DNA of 43,724 nucleotides from a virus (Duplodnaviria; Heunggongvirae; Uroviricota; Caudoviricetes): IMG/VR virus record IMGVR_UViG_2529293015_000003; one strand, 5' to 3'. Shown piece by piece: positions 40,073 to 43,724 of this stretch (position 1 is its first letter; each line of letters starts with the position of its first letter). The notes under the pieces were generated by a model. It saw only the letters and a program-made list of their open reading frames with translations, ran no database searches and was not told where the DNA came from. The position numbers and the translations under genes were made by a program.

Positions 40073-41502
40073 GTAAAACAACACCGACTAAAGACAGTAT
40101 TCGTGCAGAGTTTGAAGAGCTTGTCGAGAAAGATTCATTCTGGTCGAAGTTTGTCGGCTCTCAATTTGTCTCGATGCTGACATTGTTTATTACCCAGATT
40201 GTCTACAGGTGCTTTCAGTATGCCGATGCGGCGCTGGCTGAAGGCTTTATATCGACCGCGACGCGGCGTTCCTCTATCCTGGCAGCGGCAGAAACGAATA
40301 GTTACGTTGGTACCAAGCCAACACCGTCATCGGGGATGATTGAGATCACCGCCACAAGTGAAGATGCCCCAGCGGTAATTCCCAAAAACATGCCTTTAAT
40401 ATCTGACGACCAGTACCCTTACATGACTATGGATGTATGCAGGTTGGTTGACGGCACCGGTACGGTAGAAGTGGCACAGTTGGAAATCCAGGAGGTGACA
40501 TATACCGTTACGGCTGCCAAAGAATTTCTGGAAGTCGTGTTATCAAAGGCTCTCACTGCTGTCTGCTATAAGCTGGAAGTATTCGTGACGACCGATGGTA
40601 AGACCACGCAGTGGTCTTCCAGCACAATGTTCCGGTTAGCTGGTAGTAAAAGCCAGGTCTACGTTGAGTTTTATAAACCATCCGAACAGTTGGGTGTCCG
40701 ATTCGGCGATGGGCTAATTGGGCAAATACCGCCAGAAGGCTCGACAATTACGCTTAAGGTATGGTGCACCAACGGCGATATAACCCTGGTTGCTGGCCAA
40801 AACCTGACTCCTGTTGATTCTGCGGCTAATTTAGCTAATTTGATTTCAGTTAAGACAACGACACCTATAACCGCAGGTACCGATGCTGAAACAACGGAGA
40901 TCACACGTAACCGTGCACAATATTACCTTGCCTATGATGATCAGGTCGTATGGGGCGGGGACTATACGTATTTTCTGGTGCGTAACATCCCGGGACTGTC
41001 CTGGGTAAAGGCATGGGGCGAAGGCCAGCAAGAGAAATTAGATGGTGCTTATAATGTTCGGAATATCAATAAGATATTTATTTCAGGATGGCATCCAAAC
41101 AAAAGCCAGTCAGAGCTTGAAGAAATGATCCTGGCCGCCTTTAAGAAGGTGCCGAATGAGTTGAACAAGAAATTCTCGTATAAAGAGGTCAGAAAACTAC
41201 CCTTTAAGATCACCATCACTGGGCGGATATCGGCAAGCCTGACCATTGAGAACGTGACTGATGAGCTGAAGTCGGCACTGGAAACAAAATTTGGGCGTGA
41301 CTCAACTTTCTTTGATCCGAACCGTGTCGGCAAGTACATCCTAATCAAGAAAAAAGACGTTTGGGCATTTATCGAAACGCTGGGTTATTTCCGCGACTTT
41401 TATCTGGAATTTGTCGAGTGGAATGAGTCCAACGGCTTTTACGATTTCGTTTATCTGGATACAGAAAACTCCACCTTTAATATTTCGTATGAGGAGGAGT
41501 GA
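40069..41502 (+). CDS. Baseplate protein-like (wedge/J-like by size and position)
   Basis: 477 aa; overlapping starts and stops within a tail gene block. Confidence 0.45.
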   Translation: MSKTTPTKDSIRAEFEELVEKDSFWSKFVGSQFVSMLTLFITQIVYRCFQYADAALAEGFISTATRRSSILAAAETNSYVGTKPTPSSGMIEITATSEDAPAVIPKNMPLISDDQYPYMTMDVCRLVDGTGTVEVAQLEIQEVTYTVTAAKEFLEVVLSKALTAVCYKLEVFVTTDGKTTQWSSSTMFRLAGSKSQVYVEFYKPSEQLGVRFGDGLIGQIPPEGSTITLKVWCTNGDITLVAGQNLTPVDSAANLANLISVKTTTPITAGTDAETTEITRNRAQYYLAYDDQVVWGGDYTYFLVRNIPGLSWVKAWGEGQQEKLDGAYNVRNINKIFISGWHPNKSQSELEEMILAAFKKVPNELNKKFSYKEVRKLPFKITITGRISASLTIENVTDELKSALETKFGRDSTFFDPNRVGKYILIKKKDVWAFIETLGYFRDFYLEFVEWNESNGFYDFVYLDTENSTFNISYEEE

Positions 41503-42338
41503 TGCAGCGTTCCTGGTTTAATAACCGGCTTACATCAGCTAAGCAAAAGTCATTACTTTATAAATCATTGGCTGATTTGGTTCAGTCAATGATGGACACC
41601 TTTGTTGACCCATGGTTGGAGCGAATTACCAACCGGAAGTCTATTTTCTCCATGAGCAAGGAGGATCTGGAGACTAGGACAAATGAACTTGGCCAGTTTT
41701 TTACTATCAGAACGTCGAATTCATCTTCCGTTCCGATGTTGTTACAACAGCGGTTTGATGAGATCCATTTTAAGGGTACTGAACGCCCTATAAACCAGAC
41801 AATTTATCGCGAATTTAACGGTATATCGGTTTTATGGGATCCCATATATGCTCCGGTGGACTTTGAACGTCATCCCTATGGCACGGTCCTGATTCCAGAA
41901 AGCACACTGGAAACCACCGGCGGCACATTCGGCGAGATGTTTCTGACTTCCAGAGGAATGATCAGTATTCCCATAAACGACCTGGCCCGGACAATGGGTA
42001 TTACTGGAACGATAGATCAGTCCGCAATTACAGAAGAAATTCTCAGAAAGTTTAATCAGTTCGTAAAGCCTCTACTGCCACTGCATATAGTGTTTGATGG
42101 GCTTACGCTCTATTTGTCGGTTGTTGTAAATGAACAGGCCGACATGATCACTTTGAATGAGATTTCTGATACCGAAAAAGCATTCTGCTGGTTTGAAACT
42201 TCGGATACAACTTCGCTTACTGAAGTTACGTCGATTAACGCCCCGATCACTGCAACGCCGGGCGGCACTATTGTGAAAGCAACGCCTACGTTTGATCGCA
42301 CCCGCGCAGATGATTTGCTGTTGGATAGCGATGCGTGA
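41499..42338 (+). CDS. Baseplate protein-like
   Basis: 279 aa; followed by a strong hairpin at 42343-42367. Confidence 0.45.
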   Translation: MMQRSWFNNRLTSAKQKSLLYKSLADLVQSMMDTFVDPWLERITNRKSIFSMSKEDLETRTNELGQFFTIRTSNSSSVPMLLQQRFDEIHFKGTERPINQTIYREFNGISVLWDPIYAPVDFERHPYGTVLIPESTLETTGGTFGEMFLTSRGMISIPINDLARTMGITGTIDQSAITEEILRKFNQFVKPLLPLHIVFDGLTLYLSVVVNEQADMITLNEISDTEKAFCWFETSDTTSLTEVTSINAPITATPGGTIVKATPTFDRTRADDLLLDSDA

Positions 42339-42416
42339 CAATCACCCCGTCCGCAGGGCGGGGTGACAAGTTACTTATCTTACAATGAGGCTTCACAACA
42401 TTGATTAGGGAAAATC

Positions 42417-42851
42417 ATGTCTGACGTCTCAACAAACCTCTATAAGAGTCAGTTGTTGGACTATTACTATCAGCGGCGCGCTGAATCGTCCATTAACAAA
42501 GGCTCTCGATTTTTAATCAGCAAGGCCGTTTTCGGTACCAGTTCACTGGTTACTAAGAAAGGAGATGGCACTTATGAGATTGGAGAACTGCCAAAGGCTT
42601 TCGATCTGGCAGAACTGACCAGTCAATTTTGCACCATCAACCTCGTCCCAACCTACTCAGGCGGGATAATTACTGTCCGAATGGACCTTGATCAAAGTCA
42701 GTTGCAGGAAGGGAAAAACTACCCATTCAACACTCTGGTTGTTCTGGATAACGAGAATAAGCCAATCGCCATTATTTGTGTCCAAGAAGACTCGCTGTAT
42801 GTGGGCAAAACATATACCGCAGTTATGGCCATAAACTCGACTACAGCATAA
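42417..42851 (+). CDS. Tail fibre-associated protein (P1 R position)
   Basis: 144 aa ORF immediately upstream of the tail fibre gene. Confidence 0.45.
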   Translation: MSDVSTNLYKSQLLDYYYQRRAESSINKGSRFLISKAVFGTSSLVTKKGDGTYEIGELPKAFDLAELTSQFCTINLVPTYSGGIITVRMDLDQSQLQEGKNYPFNTLVVLDNENKPIAIICVQEDSLYVGKTYTAVMAINSTTA

Positions 42852-42862
42852 GGATATGCTTG

Positions 42863-43724
42863 ATGAATGACGTTACAGTTGTTACATCGGTTACTTACCC
42901 ATCACCCGAGTCGTTGGCTCTGGTGGCTGATGTGCAATACCACGAACCATATCTGTCAGCCGCTCTAAACCGAAAATTCAGGGGAATTGTTGACCCGGGA
43001 TTTTATGCTGGTTTCTTGCCTAAGCCTGGCGGTGGAATGAACCTGTTAATCACCTCAGTGGATGGAGATAAAACCGCTGGCGCGGCGTCAGTGGATATTG
43101 GTGAATTCTACCAGGTAACTATTCAGCATCGTAAGGATATCTCTCTTGCACTTAACGCAGGCAAGAAATATGCAATTGTGCTGAAGGGAAGATACCTTCT
43201 TGGAGAAGATACCTATCAGGTGAATACCGCGTCACATATTCATGCAGCTGAATTTGTTGCCAGAACCTATACCGATTCATATCAGTTAGGTGATGGGGAA
43301 CTGCTGGTTTGTACGGTGAATATCCCTGCTGGCGTATCTACCATTACTCAAGAGATGATTGATACATCCGAGCGTATCAACCGCACGATCGGCATTGATA
43401 TTTCAGACTCTGTAACCAGTACCAGAAGTGATGTTGCTGCGAGTTCGCTGGCAGTTAAAAAAGCCTACGATCTGGCGAAAAGCAAGTATACGGCGCAGGA
43501 TGCAAGCACAACGCAAAAGGGATTAGTTCAGCTCAGTAGTGCCACTAACAGTACGTCCGAAGTGCTGGCCGCCACACCGAAAGCTGTCAAGGCTGCATAT
43601 GACCTGGCTAACGGGAAGTATACAGCCCAGGATGCAACCACGACACAAAAAGGGATAGTTCAGCTCAGTAGCGACACCAACAGCACTTCTGAAACATTAG
43701 CTGCAACTCCAAAAGCGGTTAAAG
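42863..43724 (+). CDS. Side tail fibre protein, N-terminal part (partial; runs off the window end)
   Basis: AAGGA SD 8 nt before the ATG; frame open to the window edge; duplicated motif KKAYDLAKSKYTAQDASTTQKGLVQLSSATNSTSEVLAATPKAVK characteristic of lambda Stf/P1 S-type fibres; absent from the ORF track because it has no stop. Confidence 0.8.
   Translation, partial: MNDVTVVTSVTYPSPESLALVADVQYHEPYLSAALNRKFRGIVDPGFYAGFLPKPGGGMNLLITSVDGDKTAGAASVDIGEFYQVTIQHRKDISLALNAGKKYAIVLKGRYLLGEDTYQVNTASHIHAAEFVARTYTDSYQLGDGELLVCTVNIPAGVSTITQEMIDTSERINRTIGIDISDSVTSTRSDVAASSLAVKKAYDLAKSKYTAQDASTTQKGLVQLSSATNSTSEVLAATPKAVKAAYDLANGKYTAQDATTTQKGIVQLSSDTNSTSETLAATPKAVK

Overview
This 43.7-kb window reads as a large segment of a P1-like temperate phage that is maintained as a plasmid (a phage-plasmid). 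The identification rests on my reading of the translated ORFs and on recalled P1 features (C1 operator consensus, RepA/ParA/ParB/parS organisation, gene order); no database search was run. Left to right: baseplate hub/spike-like genes (+); a GT-B glycosyltransferase coupled to a DnaB-family helicase (ban-like, -); a minus-strand tRNA cluster (Ile-CAT, Thr-TGT, Asn-GTT, plus two tRNA-like elements) with a TerB-like gene; a 1095-codon bifunctional C5-cytosine/N6-adenine methyltransferase (dmt-like) split by a 341-codon LAGLIDADG intein; rdgC; a PAAR protein; an Rz/Rz1-type spanin pair; an IS91-family insertion; a P1-type plasmid replicon (DnaA box, five GATC, iterons, repA, iterons); a T5orf172/GIY-YIG-like gene between the replicon and parA-parB-parS; head/sheath/structural genes; a Lom/Ail outer-membrane protein; an immI-like region (kilA/ant/icd-like ORFs, c4-like antisense segments, C1-type operators); an AT-rich three-gene envelope module at the position where P1 carries sim; and tail genes ending in the N-terminus of a side tail fibre. 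The strongest novelty candidates are the intein inside the methyltransferase catalytic motif, the AT-rich envelope module, the T5orf172 insertion in the maintenance region, and the frameshift at a slippery T-run in the sit-like tail gene.
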